Shown here: piece by piece, positions 1 through 9,296 of the stretch
Numbering within the stretch: the stretch's first letter is position 1
Layout: every line of letters starts with the position of its first letter
Assembly: GCA_040753215.1 (NCBI GenBank)
Contig: JBFMEZ010000025.1
Span: forward strand, 64,001 to 128,000
Length of the DNA stretch: 64,000 nt
Reading direction: 5' to 3'
From: Candidatus Micrarchaeota archaeon
Lineage (GTDB): Archaea > Micrarchaeota > Micrarchaeia > Anstonellales > Bilamarchaeaceae
The notes under the pieces: model-generated
The model's database searches: none
Told to the model about the DNA's origin: nothing
The model's input: the letters and a program-made list of their open reading frames with translations, nothing else
Translations under genes and position numbers: made by a program

Positions 1-1
1 G

Positions 2-1267
2 CTGGGGAGGGAGAAGAGCATAGAGCTGGATGAATTCCGGCTGGCCGCTGCGAAGATACTGAAAACCGCGAAGAACATGCGGCTGAAAAACATCGCGGTG
101 TGGCTGGACTTTGACGGCGCAACCAGGCATTCGGAAAAAGACGTGGCCGCCGCAACCGCGGAAGGCATGCTGCTCTCCGGCCTGAGGCTCGAGCCGTATA
201 AGAAAAAGAAGAAAGATGAGCGCGCGGTCGAGCGGGCGGTGCTCGTCTCAAGGACTGACCTTTCGGAAGCTGTGCGGGAAGGGAGGGTGCTGGCCGAATC
301 GCAGAATTACGCGCGGCTTGTCGCCGTTGAGCCCGCGAACATAATGACACCGAAAAAGCTCGCCGGGGTTGCGCACGACTTAGCAAAGAAATACGGGCTC
401 GCCTTCCGTGCGATTGGGAGCTCCGGGATGGAGAAAATGGGCATGAACGGGATACTCGCCGTGGCGAGGGGGAGCGCTCAGGAGCCTGTGCTGGTCGAAT
501 TGCGGTATAATGGGGGCAGGAACCTGCCGCACGTGGTGCTCGTAGGCAAGGGCCTGACATTTGACAGCGGCGGCATCAGCATAAAGCCGGCGAAGGGGAT
601 GGAAACGATGAAGTTCGACAAGTGCGGGGCGGTCGTGATGCTTGGCGTCGTGAGGGCCGCCGCAGAGATGAAGCTTCCGCTGAGGATAACGGCACTGGTG
701 CCGGCAACGGAAAACATGCCGAGCGGAAGCGCCACCAAGCCCGGCGACATTGTGCGGATGTATAATGGAAAAACCGTTGAGATACTCAACACGGACGCGG
801 AGGGCCGGCTCGTCCTCGGGGATGCGCTTGCCTATGCCGCCGAGGCAGAACCAGACCTGATAATAGATGCGGCGACGCTGACCGGTGCGGTGCTGATCGT
901 GCTGGGGAAGCATGGCATAGGGATGCTGGGGACAGACGACGGCGCGATGAAGCTGATGTACGATTGCGGGATGGAAACGAATGAGCGTGTATGGGGGCTG
1001 CCGCTATGGAAGGAGTATTCCGAAATGATGAAGGGGGACTACGCGGACCTTAAGAACATCGGCAGCGAAACGGGAGAGGCGGGGACCATAACCGCGGCCG
1101 CGTTCCTGAAGGAATTTGTAGGCAAGACTCCGTGGGTGCATCTCGATGTCGCTGGCGTCGAGTGGGTTGATAGCGAAGGGGGGTACTTCTGCAAGGGCCC
1201 CACGGGAAAGGGCGTCAGGCTGCTTGCCACCTTCCTGAAAGATTGGGCCAAGGCAAGGAAAAGGTAG
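2..1267 (+). CDS. pepA: Leucyl aminopeptidase (M17), 5'-truncated by window edge
   Basis: Motifs VGKGLTFDSGG, MKFDKCG and NTDAEGRL; the frame is open from base 2 to the ATG at 77. Confidence 0.95.
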   Translation: MGREKSIELDEFRLAAAKILKTAKNMRLKNIAVWLDFDGATRHSEKDVAAATAEGMLLSGLRLEPYKKKKKDERAVERAVLVSRTDLSEAVREGRVLAESQNYARLVAVEPANIMTPKKLAGVAHDLAKKYGLAFRAIGSSGMEKMGMNGILAVARGSAQEPVLVELRYNGGRNLPHVVLVGKGLTFDSGGISIKPAKGMETMKFDKCGAVVMLGVVRAAAEMKLPLRITALVPATENMPSGSATKPGDIVRMYNGKTVEILNTDAEGRLVLGDALAYAAEAEPDLIIDAATLTGAVLIVLGKHGIGMLGTDDGAMKLMYDCGMETNERVWGLPLWKEYSEMMKGDYADLKNIGSETGEAGTITAAAFLKEFVGKTPWVHLDVAGVEWVDSEGGYFCKGPTGKGVRLLATFLKDWAKARKR

Positions 1268-1285
1268 GGAGACCCCCCACTTCCA

Positions 1286-1519
1286 CTATTCCAGCCTCTC
1301 TATCTGCCTGCAGCGTATCTTATACACAACGCAGAATTTCGTGTACTCTTTGAAGAACCTGTCTACGGGCCGTTCCATATTTTTCGGGACTACGATTACT
1401 GACTTTGTTTTCCAGTAAAACCTGCCCAGGCCGTTTCTGTGCAGATTGTAGTAAAACACCCTTTTGAGGCGGTTGTAGTTCCTGACGCTGGATTTGAGGT
1501 CATAGAGATAGACAATCAT
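1286..1519 (-). CDS. Small basic protein, possibly Cas2/VapD-like ferredoxin fold
   Basis: 77 aa; N-terminus MIVYLYDL resembles the Cas2 hhhhYDh strand; internal KSVIVV; AT-rich promoter upstream. Confidence 0.5.
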   Translation of the reverse strand: MIVYLYDLKSSVRNYNRLKRVFYYNLHRNGLGRFYWKTKSVIVVPKNMERPVDRFFKEYTKFCVVYKIRCRQIERLE

Positions 1520-1529
1520 CGAATCACTA

Positions 1530-1545
1530 TGTAACCATGGTTACA
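1530..1545. promoter_or_regulatory. Perfect palindrome TGTAACCATGGTTACA, copy 1
   Basis: Identical core at 10827-10842 and 28725-28740. Confidence 0.7.
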
Positions 1546-1651
1546 ATATAATTAAATACCCATCGCCAAGCATAAGAGTATAATGCGGATTAGTGGAAAC
1601 ACACCCTCTCCACACCTCCTTCTTTTAATCTCTTTACCTCAATATTAACTC

Positions 1652-3124
1652 ATGAATCTGGAGCCCCGGGCCTACCAGGCGCAGATAATCGATTCCGTAA
1701 AGAGGAACGGCAACACCCTCGTGGTCCTCCCAACCGGCCTTGGCAAAACCCTGATCGCGCTTTCATTGATGGAAAAAACCATTTCAGAAGGCGGGAATGC
1801 GCTGTTTCTCACACCAACAAAACCACTCGCAAGGCAGCACGCCGCAACCATACAAAACACACTCGATCTCGCCCAAAGCGACGTTGCATTTGTTACCGGC
1901 GAAATACCCGGCCATAAGAGGCAGGCACTGTACTCTTCGAAAATATGCGTCTCCACCCCACAGACGATTAGAAACGACATCAGAAGCATGGTCTACCCCG
2001 CAAACAATACAAAATTTGTTGTCTTTGACGAGGCGCACCGCGCTGTCGGGGGCTACGCTTATGTGGAAATCGCCGGCAGCATGCCAGAAGGATGCCTCTT
2101 TCTGGCCCTCACCGCTTCCCCGGGCGGCGACCTGGCCAGAATAAGGGAGGTGCTGTCCAACCTTAGGATAAGGAACATAGAGATACGGACCGAATCCGAT
2201 GAGGACGTAAGGCCTTTCGTGAAAAACCTGGCGCACAATTGGATATCCGTGGAACTTTCCCCGCGGATGAGGGAAGCAGATTCCATACTCTCGTCCCTTG
2301 CGGATGCGTACGCACAGAGACTGGCGCGCTCGTTCGCGAAGCCCCCGGTTATCTCCAAGCGGCAGTTTGTGCTTTACGGCCAGCGCCTCAGGGCCATGAG
2401 GCACCCGGCAAAATATACTCTGTTGTCGCACTATTACACACTACTTCATATAATACATATGCAGGAGCTCATGCAGACGCAGGGGCCGTACCCGTTCCTT
2501 TCCTACCTCCAAAAACTGGAAAACTCAAGCTCAAAATCAGCAAAGATTCTGGCGAAAAGCCAGGCGCTCTCGAGGGCAAAGCAGCTCCTGCTGGAAGCCG
2601 GCGACCACCCCAAGACAGAGAGGCTGCTGCGGCTCCTTTCCTCGCTCAGGGGGAAGAAGGTGATAGTGTTCGTGCAGTACAGGGACCAGATAAAAAGGAT
2701 AAAGGAACTGCTTGACGCGCATGGCTTCTCATCCAGGATTTTTGTTGGGAAAAAGGATGGCTTCACAAGGAGAATGCAGGAAGAGACGATGGATGTATTC
2801 AGGAGGGATGGGTTCAGCATCCTGATAGCAAGCTCAATAGGTGAAGAGGGGCTGGACATACCCGCCGTGGATTCGGTGATATTCCACGAGCCGATACCCA
2901 GCGAGATACGCTCAATACAGAGAAGGGGGCGCGCGGGCAGGTTCAGGGACGGCTCTGTTTACATATTGATGGCGAAATCAACCAGGGACGAGCATTACTA
3001 TTGGGCATCAAAAAAGCGCGAAATGAAGATGAAGGAGATACTTCTCTCGTTGCAGAAGGCGCTGGAAAGGAACAGGCCTGCCCTTCCCGGAAACGGTCAG
3101 TCCAAGCTAGGTTCGTTCATGTAG
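1652..3124 (+). CDS. hef: Hef/FANCM-like SF2 helicase lacking the ERCC4 nuclease domain, with C-terminal PIP box
   Basis: PTGLGKT, DEAH, LTASPG, EEGLDIP and QRRGRAGR motifs; ends QSKLGSFM. Confidence 0.88.
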   Translation: MNLEPRAYQAQIIDSVKRNGNTLVVLPTGLGKTLIALSLMEKTISEGGNALFLTPTKPLARQHAATIQNTLDLAQSDVAFVTGEIPGHKRQALYSSKICVSTPQTIRNDIRSMVYPANNTKFVVFDEAHRAVGGYAYVEIAGSMPEGCLFLALTASPGGDLARIREVLSNLRIRNIEIRTESDEDVRPFVKNLAHNWISVELSPRMREADSILSSLADAYAQRLARSFAKPPVISKRQFVLYGQRLRAMRHPAKYTLLSHYYTLLHIIHMQELMQTQGPYPFLSYLQKLENSSSKSAKILAKSQALSRAKQLLLEAGDHPKTERLLRLLSSLRGKKVIVFVQYRDQIKRIKELLDAHGFSSRIFVGKKDGFTRRMQEETMDVFRRDGFSILIASSIGEEGLDIPAVDSVIFHEPIPSEIRSIQRRGRAGRFRDGSVYILMAKSTRDEHYYWASKKREMKMKEILLSLQKALERNRPALPGNGQSKLGSFM

Positions 3125-6100
3125 TCTGCTTTTTTCAGCCGCCTCAGCTGGTGCTGCCCGCCTTTTGGCAGCCCCGGCCCTGCCTTTCCGAGAAGCAGGA
3201 ACAGCACAACCCCTATCACAAGCAGCGCGGTCACGCCAAGCACGAGGATGCCGTCGTCCCCGCCGCCGCTTTCCCGCAGGGCTTCCAGCGCATTCTCATA
3301 GGCGAGTATCGCCTTTGCGTACTGTTTCCGTTCGTAATAGTCTTCAGCCATCCGGATTGCTTCGTCCATTCCCGCCCGCCCGCTTTCATCCATCCCTCCC
3401 CTGCTCTCTTCGTACAGCTCTCTAACCGACGCCCCAAGCCGCGCCCCCTCGCCTTCCAGAAATCCTATCACGCCATTCATCTCTCCGTTCAGGGCCGAAA
3501 CCTCACCCATCGCCTCCCCCACATCAGCGCTTCCTGAAAGCGCATCGAGCCTGCCTTCGATCCACGACGGGCTCTTTTCAAAAAGCGAGACAAGGCGGTG
3601 GCTCCTCGGTATCGCATCCCTCTCTTCCCTGTATTCCGCGGCTGTCTCCCTCGCCTCGCCCAGCATCCTCTCAAGCGCGCTCTCCATCTCTGCGGATGCG
3701 GCATCCTGCCTGGCCTTCACATTCTGGAGCGCGGCGTCCGCTTCCTGCAGCGCCGCAAGCGCTGCAATCCCGTCCTCAAACATCATGGTTCCTGAGAAAG
3801 CGGCGTTCTTCTCTTCCATCGAATCCACGGCGGCGCTCAGGTTCCTGTCATCGACGCCAAGGGCCATCCACTCCTTCTTTATCCTCTTCTCCCCATCTTT
3901 CAGGTATTTCTCAATCTTCTTCAATTCCCTGCCTTCCCACCCCAGATCCACGTCCTCAAGCGGGCTCGTGGTTGCCGCCGGGCTGAGGTTTTTCGCAAGC
4001 ATCTCTTCCAGATACCCCTTCCTCGCAGCCATCTCGTCCACATAGCCGCCGGTTACTCCCGCCCTCTCCGCAGCCGCAATCGCTCCCCCGAGCTCCGCGG
4101 CCTTCCTGCTTGTCTCATCCACTAGCTTCTGGTGCTTCTCAAACAGCTTCGCATTTGCCCTGCCCTCCTTCTCAATCTGCGCATCCACATCCCCAAGCGC
4201 CGCTAGTGCGCCATCATAATCCCCTGCTCCGTATAGCGCCGATGCGTTGTTGAAGTATGCCTGCGCCTGCTGGCCCAGTGTCGCGTTTTCCAGTTCGGAC
4301 AGCCTGCGTTCAACATAGCCTCGCGCATCCAGGAACTCGTACCTCACCCGGACCTTGGCCAGTCTGCCTTCCTCGAGCCCGTTTACCTCAAAGTATGCAA
4401 CACCACTGGATTCCCGCTTGTTTGTTATGCGCTCGCCGGTGTATGCGAATATGTCCATCCGCCCAGGGCTCTTGCCGCTCTCGTCCACCCATACAGGCAC
4501 GTAGTCCAGGCCCATGGCCGGCATTATATCAATCATGTATTCCACCGTTGTTTTCGTCCCGATCGTGGTGGCAGTTTCGGTCCCTTTGCTGATCGCGTAA
4601 GCGTCAGGCACTTCGCTCACGAGGATGAAGTCATGCCTGCCGGCCGGCAGCCTTGCCGTGAGCATGCCGTTATGCAGCACGTGCCAGCTGCCATCGATGC
4701 CTGCGCGTTCAGCGTCCTCGCCTACATAAATGGAATCCACGCCCGCGGTGCAATAGAGTTCCATGCTTTCCGTGACCTTCGCATTCCCATACACATCCCC
4801 CACCGCGCTTCTCCCATAATCCGAGGCGGTGCACGGGGTGTAATTTTTCGAGAACGCCAGCATTATCTCTTCGTGCGGGCTTATGTTGTACAGCTGTATG
4901 GTTGCGACCCCTCCCTCATACGCCACCGTGCGCACGCGCTCCCTCCCTTCCACCAGGTCCATGGTTCTCAGTTCCGCTCCGGCAGGGACACCGAATGCGA
5001 TATTTTCTCCGCCAATGCCCAGCCTGTTCTTCACTTCGATAAGCAGGGCATATGCACTCTCCCCGCTGAGGCTCGCAGCGGTGGTCGTCTCATGGTAATC
5101 AACAAACAAGGCATTGCCAACGGCGCCGTTTGCCCGCTGCACGACCTCATCCCGTATGCGCGAATACGAGGATTCCATCCCCCCCAGCCCGCCGAGTCCG
5201 CACCAGTAATCCAGCCTTTCCCCCGAATAACATTCCTCGTTCTCAAACCACGTCCTCAGAAATGCCAGCTGCTGCCCGCCCCCGTCTATTACGGAAAGAA
5301 GCTCCTTCCTCTCTTCAGGAAGCCGGCCATACATCACCTCCGCCTTTCTGAGCAGCCCTTCCCTCACCCTCATAAGTATTGATATGGAATCCGCGGGCCT
5401 CTTTTCCTCCACTATCCCGAGAAGCGCCCTCTCCATGGCGGTGTCTATCCCATCTTCTTCCGCCTTTGCGATTGCGGACCTCGTTTCAGCGAGCGCAACC
5501 GCGAATTCCGTGGAATTCTCCATCTCGGGGTTGCTTGTGGCGATGCGCGCGTGCATCCTGCACTCCGCATACATCCCGAATTTTGTGCCAAGGGACGTTT
5601 CAGCTTCCGCAATCCCACATGCCGCCCTTGCGAGGTCAAGATGCTGCTGCCCGTTCTGCATGAGCCTGCCTTCCATCGCTTCAGCGGCCCCGAGGTCCGC
5701 AATGGCGAGCCTCCCCGCCTCTTCGGCCACGCCGACCGCGTCCTCGATTAGCCCTGCGGAACTTTCCTTCACATCTTCGTATGCAAACGCCGCGGACAGG
5801 AGCGCAGAGTACTGCTCTTTGTACCAGCCGGCATCTCTTTCCCCCCAGGCGCTCTCCACACCCGCCATCAGCCTGTTCGCTTCGGAGTATTCGCCCATAA
5901 CCGCGGCATACCCGTCCCTTATGCTCGCAACCCCGGAGACGTCCGTGCTCTCGGCGCCCAGATATATTTTGTCCAGGTTATGCACGGACAGGCCATAGAT
6001 AGCATCATCCGCCTCCGCGCGTTTTTCACCGGCAACAGTCTTCAGCGCATAAAGCTGGTCTGTCGCATCGCCCCACGCCGCGCGTGCATCCGCATGTTTC

Positions 6101-6816
6101 TCCTCAAGCGCTGCCGCTGTGCGCCACTGCGCCCGCACGCACGGAGGGTACCATCCCATGTCGGGGATTGAATCCCACAGCCCCGAGCTGTCGCATGCTG
6201 TATCATCAACAACAATAAAGCACAGGCCTGCGCCGGGCCCCGCATAATCCGGGCCGCATATCCCAGACCGCCTTATGTCGCCAAGAAGCGCCTCCAGGGC
6301 AGCCCTCCTGCCGTTCACGTCCGCGCCGCCCAGTTCGGCGGAAAACAGCGCATTTTCCATTACCCCTTTCCAGTTTCCAACGTAATTGTACAGGTTCCAG
6401 GAGTATGCCGCCTCAACCGGCACAGAGACTGCGGGCACCGGCATAATCGCTGCGGCCTGCCCCAGCTGCGTGTATGTTGCCAGCTCATCCGCAAACTGCT
6501 TGTGCCGCACCGCGGTGCCGAGCGGCCCCTTCGCGGCGCACCCCTCCGGGCATTCAGAAAAAAGCTGCTCCACCTCGCTCTCCTCAAGGCTTTCGTGGAA
6601 GGGCAGCATCAGCCCGAGCGCATCCATCTGCGATATGTTTGCGGTCGGAGTTATGCTGTACCACATTTCCCAGACGCCGAGGTCCATTATGTATCCGTTG
6701 CCGGCTATCCAGCCGTCATTCTCCCACGGACGCGGGTAGCTCTCCTGCGCCCCGGACGCAAAGGAAAGAAGCAACACGATGGAAAATGCGGACAGAACCA
6801 GGAGTCTCATGCCCAT
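3097..6816 (-). CDS. Large secreted, membrane-anchored hypothetical protein
   Basis: 1239 aa; N-terminal signal peptide, Ala/Glu-rich helical segments, beta-rich middle, C-terminal TM helix and basic tail. Confidence 0.8.
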   Translation of the reverse strand: MGMRLLVLSAFSIVLLLSFASGAQESYPRPWENDGWIAGNGYIMDLGVWEMWYSITPTANISQMDALGLMLPFHESLEESEVEQLFSECPEGCAAKGPLGTAVRHKQFADELATYTQLGQAAAIMPVPAVSVPVEAAYSWNLYNYVGNWKGVMENALFSAELGGADVNGRRAALEALLGDIRRSGICGPDYAGPGAGLCFIVVDDTACDSSGLWDSIPDMGWYPPCVRAQWRTAAALEEKHADARAAWGDATDQLYALKTVAGEKRAEADDAIYGLSVHNLDKIYLGAESTDVSGVASIRDGYAAVMGEYSEANRLMAGVESAWGERDAGWYKEQYSALLSAAFAYEDVKESSAGLIEDAVGVAEEAGRLAIADLGAAEAMEGRLMQNGQQHLDLARAACGIAEAETSLGTKFGMYAECRMHARIATSNPEMENSTEFAVALAETRSAIAKAEEDGIDTAMERALLGIVEEKRPADSISILMRVREGLLRKAEVMYGRLPEERKELLSVIDGGGQQLAFLRTWFENEECYSGERLDYWCGLGGLGGMESSYSRIRDEVVQRANGAVGNALFVDYHETTTAASLSGESAYALLIEVKNRLGIGGENIAFGVPAGAELRTMDLVEGRERVRTVAYEGGVATIQLYNISPHEEIMLAFSKNYTPCTASDYGRSAVGDVYGNAKVTESMELYCTAGVDSIYVGEDAERAGIDGSWHVLHNGMLTARLPAGRHDFILVSEVPDAYAISKGTETATTIGTKTTVEYMIDIMPAMGLDYVPVWVDESGKSPGRMDIFAYTGERITNKRESSGVAYFEVNGLEEGRLAKVRVRYEFLDARGYVERRLSELENATLGQQAQAYFNNASALYGAGDYDGALAALGDVDAQIEKEGRANAKLFEKHQKLVDETSRKAAELGGAIAAAERAGVTGGYVDEMAARKGYLEEMLAKNLSPAATTSPLEDVDLGWEGRELKKIEKYLKDGEKRIKKEWMALGVDDRNLSAAVDSMEEKNAAFSGTMMFEDGIAALAALQEADAALQNVKARQDAASAEMESALERMLGEARETAAEYREERDAIPRSHRLVSLFEKSPSWIEGRLDALSGSADVGEAMGEVSALNGEMNGVIGFLEGEGARLGASVRELYEESRGGMDESGRAGMDEAIRMAEDYYERKQYAKAILAYENALEALRESGGGDDGILVLGVTALLVIGVVLFLLLGKAGPGLPKGGQHQLRRLKKADYMNEPSLD

Positions 6817-6854
6817 TATTTTGCGGTGAAATGATTATATCCTTTGCCTCGGAT

Positions 6855-7181
6855 ACCGAACCATGAGCCTGTTGCAAATTACGAATGCGGCATAATCTCT
6901 GTGGTCCCCTAGTCTTGGGGTCTTGGAGTCCTGTAAGTTTCCGAAGACCTGAAGACCATGCAAGACTTGGAGACAACCACTGATGGGCATCGGCTTTAAT
7001 AATCTCTGTGGTCTCCAGGTCTTGGGGGCCTTGAAGTCTGGTGAGGTCTTGAGTTGTCCTGAGGGTCCTGAAAGTCACACAAGACCCGAAGACCATGCAA
7101 GACATGGAGACAACTGCAAGACCTGGTGACAACAGCTAACGGGCATTGGTTTTAAATTTGCAACACCCTAACCGAACCATG
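6855..7181. repeat. Composite repeat: two diverged tandem palindromic units with flanking inverted and direct repeats (MITE-like)
   Basis: Units start ATAATCTCTGTGGTC at 6892 and 6999; IR TGTTGCAAATT (6870-6880) / AATTTGCAACA (7155-7165); DR ACCGAACCATG (6855-6865, 7171-7181). Confidence 0.65.
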
Positions 7182-7679
7182 GAGTATTCCGGGCTTATAA
7201 AGAACAGGAGAAGCGTGCGTGCCTTCAGGCCGGAGCCGCTTTCCAAGGAGCAGATAAAAACAATCGCGGATTCGGCAAACCTCGCCCCTTCAGCCGGGAA
7301 CCTGCAGAGCTATGTTTTCTATGTGGCTGTGGACAAGGGGGTCAAGGAGAAGGTCGCCTCAGCGGCGATGGGCCAGGGGTTCATCTCCGAGGCGCCCGCG
7401 GTCTTCGTGTTCTTCGCGAAGGCGCAGCTCTCCGCAAGGAAATACGGGGAACGCGGGAAGCTTTATTCGCTCATAGACGCCACGATTGCCGCCGCGTACG
7501 CCCAGCTCGCAGCGGAAAACCTCGGGCTTGGCTCGGTATGGGTGGGCGCATACGATGACGATGCCGTGAGAGATGCCTTTGGGGAGGACGGCCAGCCGGT
7601 GTGCATACTCCCGGTCGGGCATCCGGCCGAAACCCCCGCAAAACATCCCAGGGCGGACCGGCTCAGGAAAATAATCTAG
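7179..7679 (+). CDS. Nitroreductase family protein
   Basis: RRSVRAF, LAPSAGNLQ and GLGSVWVG motifs. Confidence 0.92.
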   Translation: MEYSGLIKNRRSVRAFRPEPLSKEQIKTIADSANLAPSAGNLQSYVFYVAVDKGVKEKVASAAMGQGFISEAPAVFVFFAKAQLSARKYGERGKLYSLIDATIAAAYAQLAAENLGLGSVWVGAYDDDAVRDAFGEDGQPVCILPVGHPAETPAKHPRADRLRKII

Positions 7680-9217
7680 ATCTTTATCTCGCACGCCGCA
7701 ACCGGGTATTCCAGCCCGAATTTTTCCAGGACCGCAGGTGCTATCTCCCCTGCAACCCCGGCTTCCCTCCTAGCCGAGAATATTGAACAGCATCTCCCGG
7801 GCATGAACCTCCCGTCCGCCCCGGCCTTCAGCACAAAATCCATGCCAAGCTCCTTCCCGAGCGCCTGGAGCGCGGACTGCACCGTAGTGAAAGTGACACC
7901 ATTTCCGGTTACCATGAACGCAATGCGCATCTCCTCCTTCCCGTCCCAGACCCCCCCGATTTCGTAGAACTTCTGCGGCAGCCCCCTGGTCTTGTTCACC
8001 TGGCATGTGGAAAGCAGGCCGGGAAGAAGGGAGGTCCTTACAACGGAGAACTCCTCGCTGCCTGAATTTGCGATTGCAGCCCTGCCCGAATCAGCCGTGC
8101 CCTCGAGCATCCTCTCATTCGTGAGCACGTAGTTCTTTGCCTCAAGGAACCCCATGCCGCACATTATAGTGTGCAGGGCCTCAGCCGCATCGCCAAGCGC
8201 CCCTATGGTTGGCAGCGGGGGCAGCTCCGGCTCAAATTTCTCATATCCGTATCCGATTGCAGCATCCTCTATTACGTCTATTAATGAGATTATGTCCATC
8301 CTGTATGGCGGCACAAGCACATGCCCTTCCTTGACGATGTGGCCCATCCTCTCCAGGGCTTCCCTGGCATCCTTCCTGCCCAGCTCCAGCCCGAGAACCC
8401 TGCCCGCCTCCTCCGCATCGTATTTCATTTCCCTGTAGGAAAGGTCCGGGTAATCGTTCCCCCCGGTTTCCACGGAATACACGGCCCCGCCGGCATCCGC
8501 AAACGAAGCCGCAATTATGTTGAGCACCCCTTCCACCGCCTCTTTCGATGTGCCCGTCACATCAAGCAGCACATTCTCCGTGCTCTCCGTAACGCGCGTC
8601 CTCTCGCTGTTTATTATCGGCGGGAAGGATATTATCCCCTCCCTGTCCTTTATAACAACCTTCCCGTGGGCGGCGAGCCCCGCGTACGCGACCCCCTTCG
8701 GGTGCTCGCGCAGCACCTCATCCAGCCCCATCTCCGCGTCCATGTCAAGCGGCACGAACCTCTCATCCGTCCCCACCACATACTCGAGCGGAAACTTAAT
8801 CCCATCCAGGTCGTGGATGCCGATTGCCACCTTCTTCCTTCTTCTCCCGACAGTATCATGGAGCTTCTCCTGCATCTGCATGAGGTTCTGTATTGCTTCG
8901 TCATCAATCTTTACTCCCTTCACAACCCCGCAGCGCACGAACGGCCTTATCGCCTCCACCCCCTTCCCTACCGAGAGCGAATAGCCCGCCTTCTTCACTT
9001 TGTACGAAGGCGCTTTCCCTCCCTCGTAGCATGCGAGCGCCCTGAGCAGCCCCTCAACCGAGAACAGGTCCGGCCTGTTCGGCGTCACTTCCACAACGAG
9101 CCTGCCGCCCTTCTCCTCTGCCGGCGCCCCAATCCTTGTCAGCGCATCCGCTATCTCAGTCCCCCTCAGCCCGCTCCTCTTCTCCAGGATTCCAATGTCC
9201 GCCTCAACCATGGCCAC
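7676..9217 (-). CDS. pheT: Phenylalanyl-tRNA synthetase beta subunit (archaeal type)
   Basis: TPNRPDL, QEKLH..GR.RKKVAIGIHD, PPYRMDI and RTSLLPGLL motifs. Confidence 0.95.
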   Translation of the reverse strand: MAMVEADIGILEKRSGLRGTEIADALTRIGAPAEEKGGRLVVEVTPNRPDLFSVEGLLRALACYEGGKAPSYKVKKAGYSLSVGKGVEAIRPFVRCGVVKGVKIDDEAIQNLMQMQEKLHDTVGRRRKKVAIGIHDLDGIKFPLEYVVGTDERFVPLDMDAEMGLDEVLREHPKGVAYAGLAAHGKVVIKDREGIISFPPIINSERTRVTESTENVLLDVTGTSKEAVEGVLNIIAASFADAGGAVYSVETGGNDYPDLSYREMKYDAEEAGRVLGLELGRKDAREALERMGHIVKEGHVLVPPYRMDIISLIDVIEDAAIGYGYEKFEPELPPLPTIGALGDAAEALHTIMCGMGFLEAKNYVLTNERMLEGTADSGRAAIANSGSEEFSVVRTSLLPGLLSTCQVNKTRGLPQKFYEIGGVWDGKEEMRIAFMVTGNGVTFTTVQSALQALGKELGMDFVLKAGADGRFMPGRCCSIFSARREAGVAGEIAPAVLEKFGLEYPVAACEIKI

Positions 9218-9237
9218 CTAAATCAGTCCCCCGCCCC

Positions 9238-9290
9238 CAGTTTCCGGTTCCCCGTTTTCAGTTTCGGGTTTTTGCCATCCCGTTTCCAGT
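9238..9290. repeat. Degenerate GTTTCCR heptamer array
   Basis: cagtttccggttcccgttttcagtttcgg, 7-nt period. Confidence 0.75.
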
Positions 9291-9296
9291 TGGCCT

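Noticed and set aside
6892..7155. Possible CRISPR array
   Set aside because: Only two degenerate units with short internal periodicity; no constant repeat with unique spacers.
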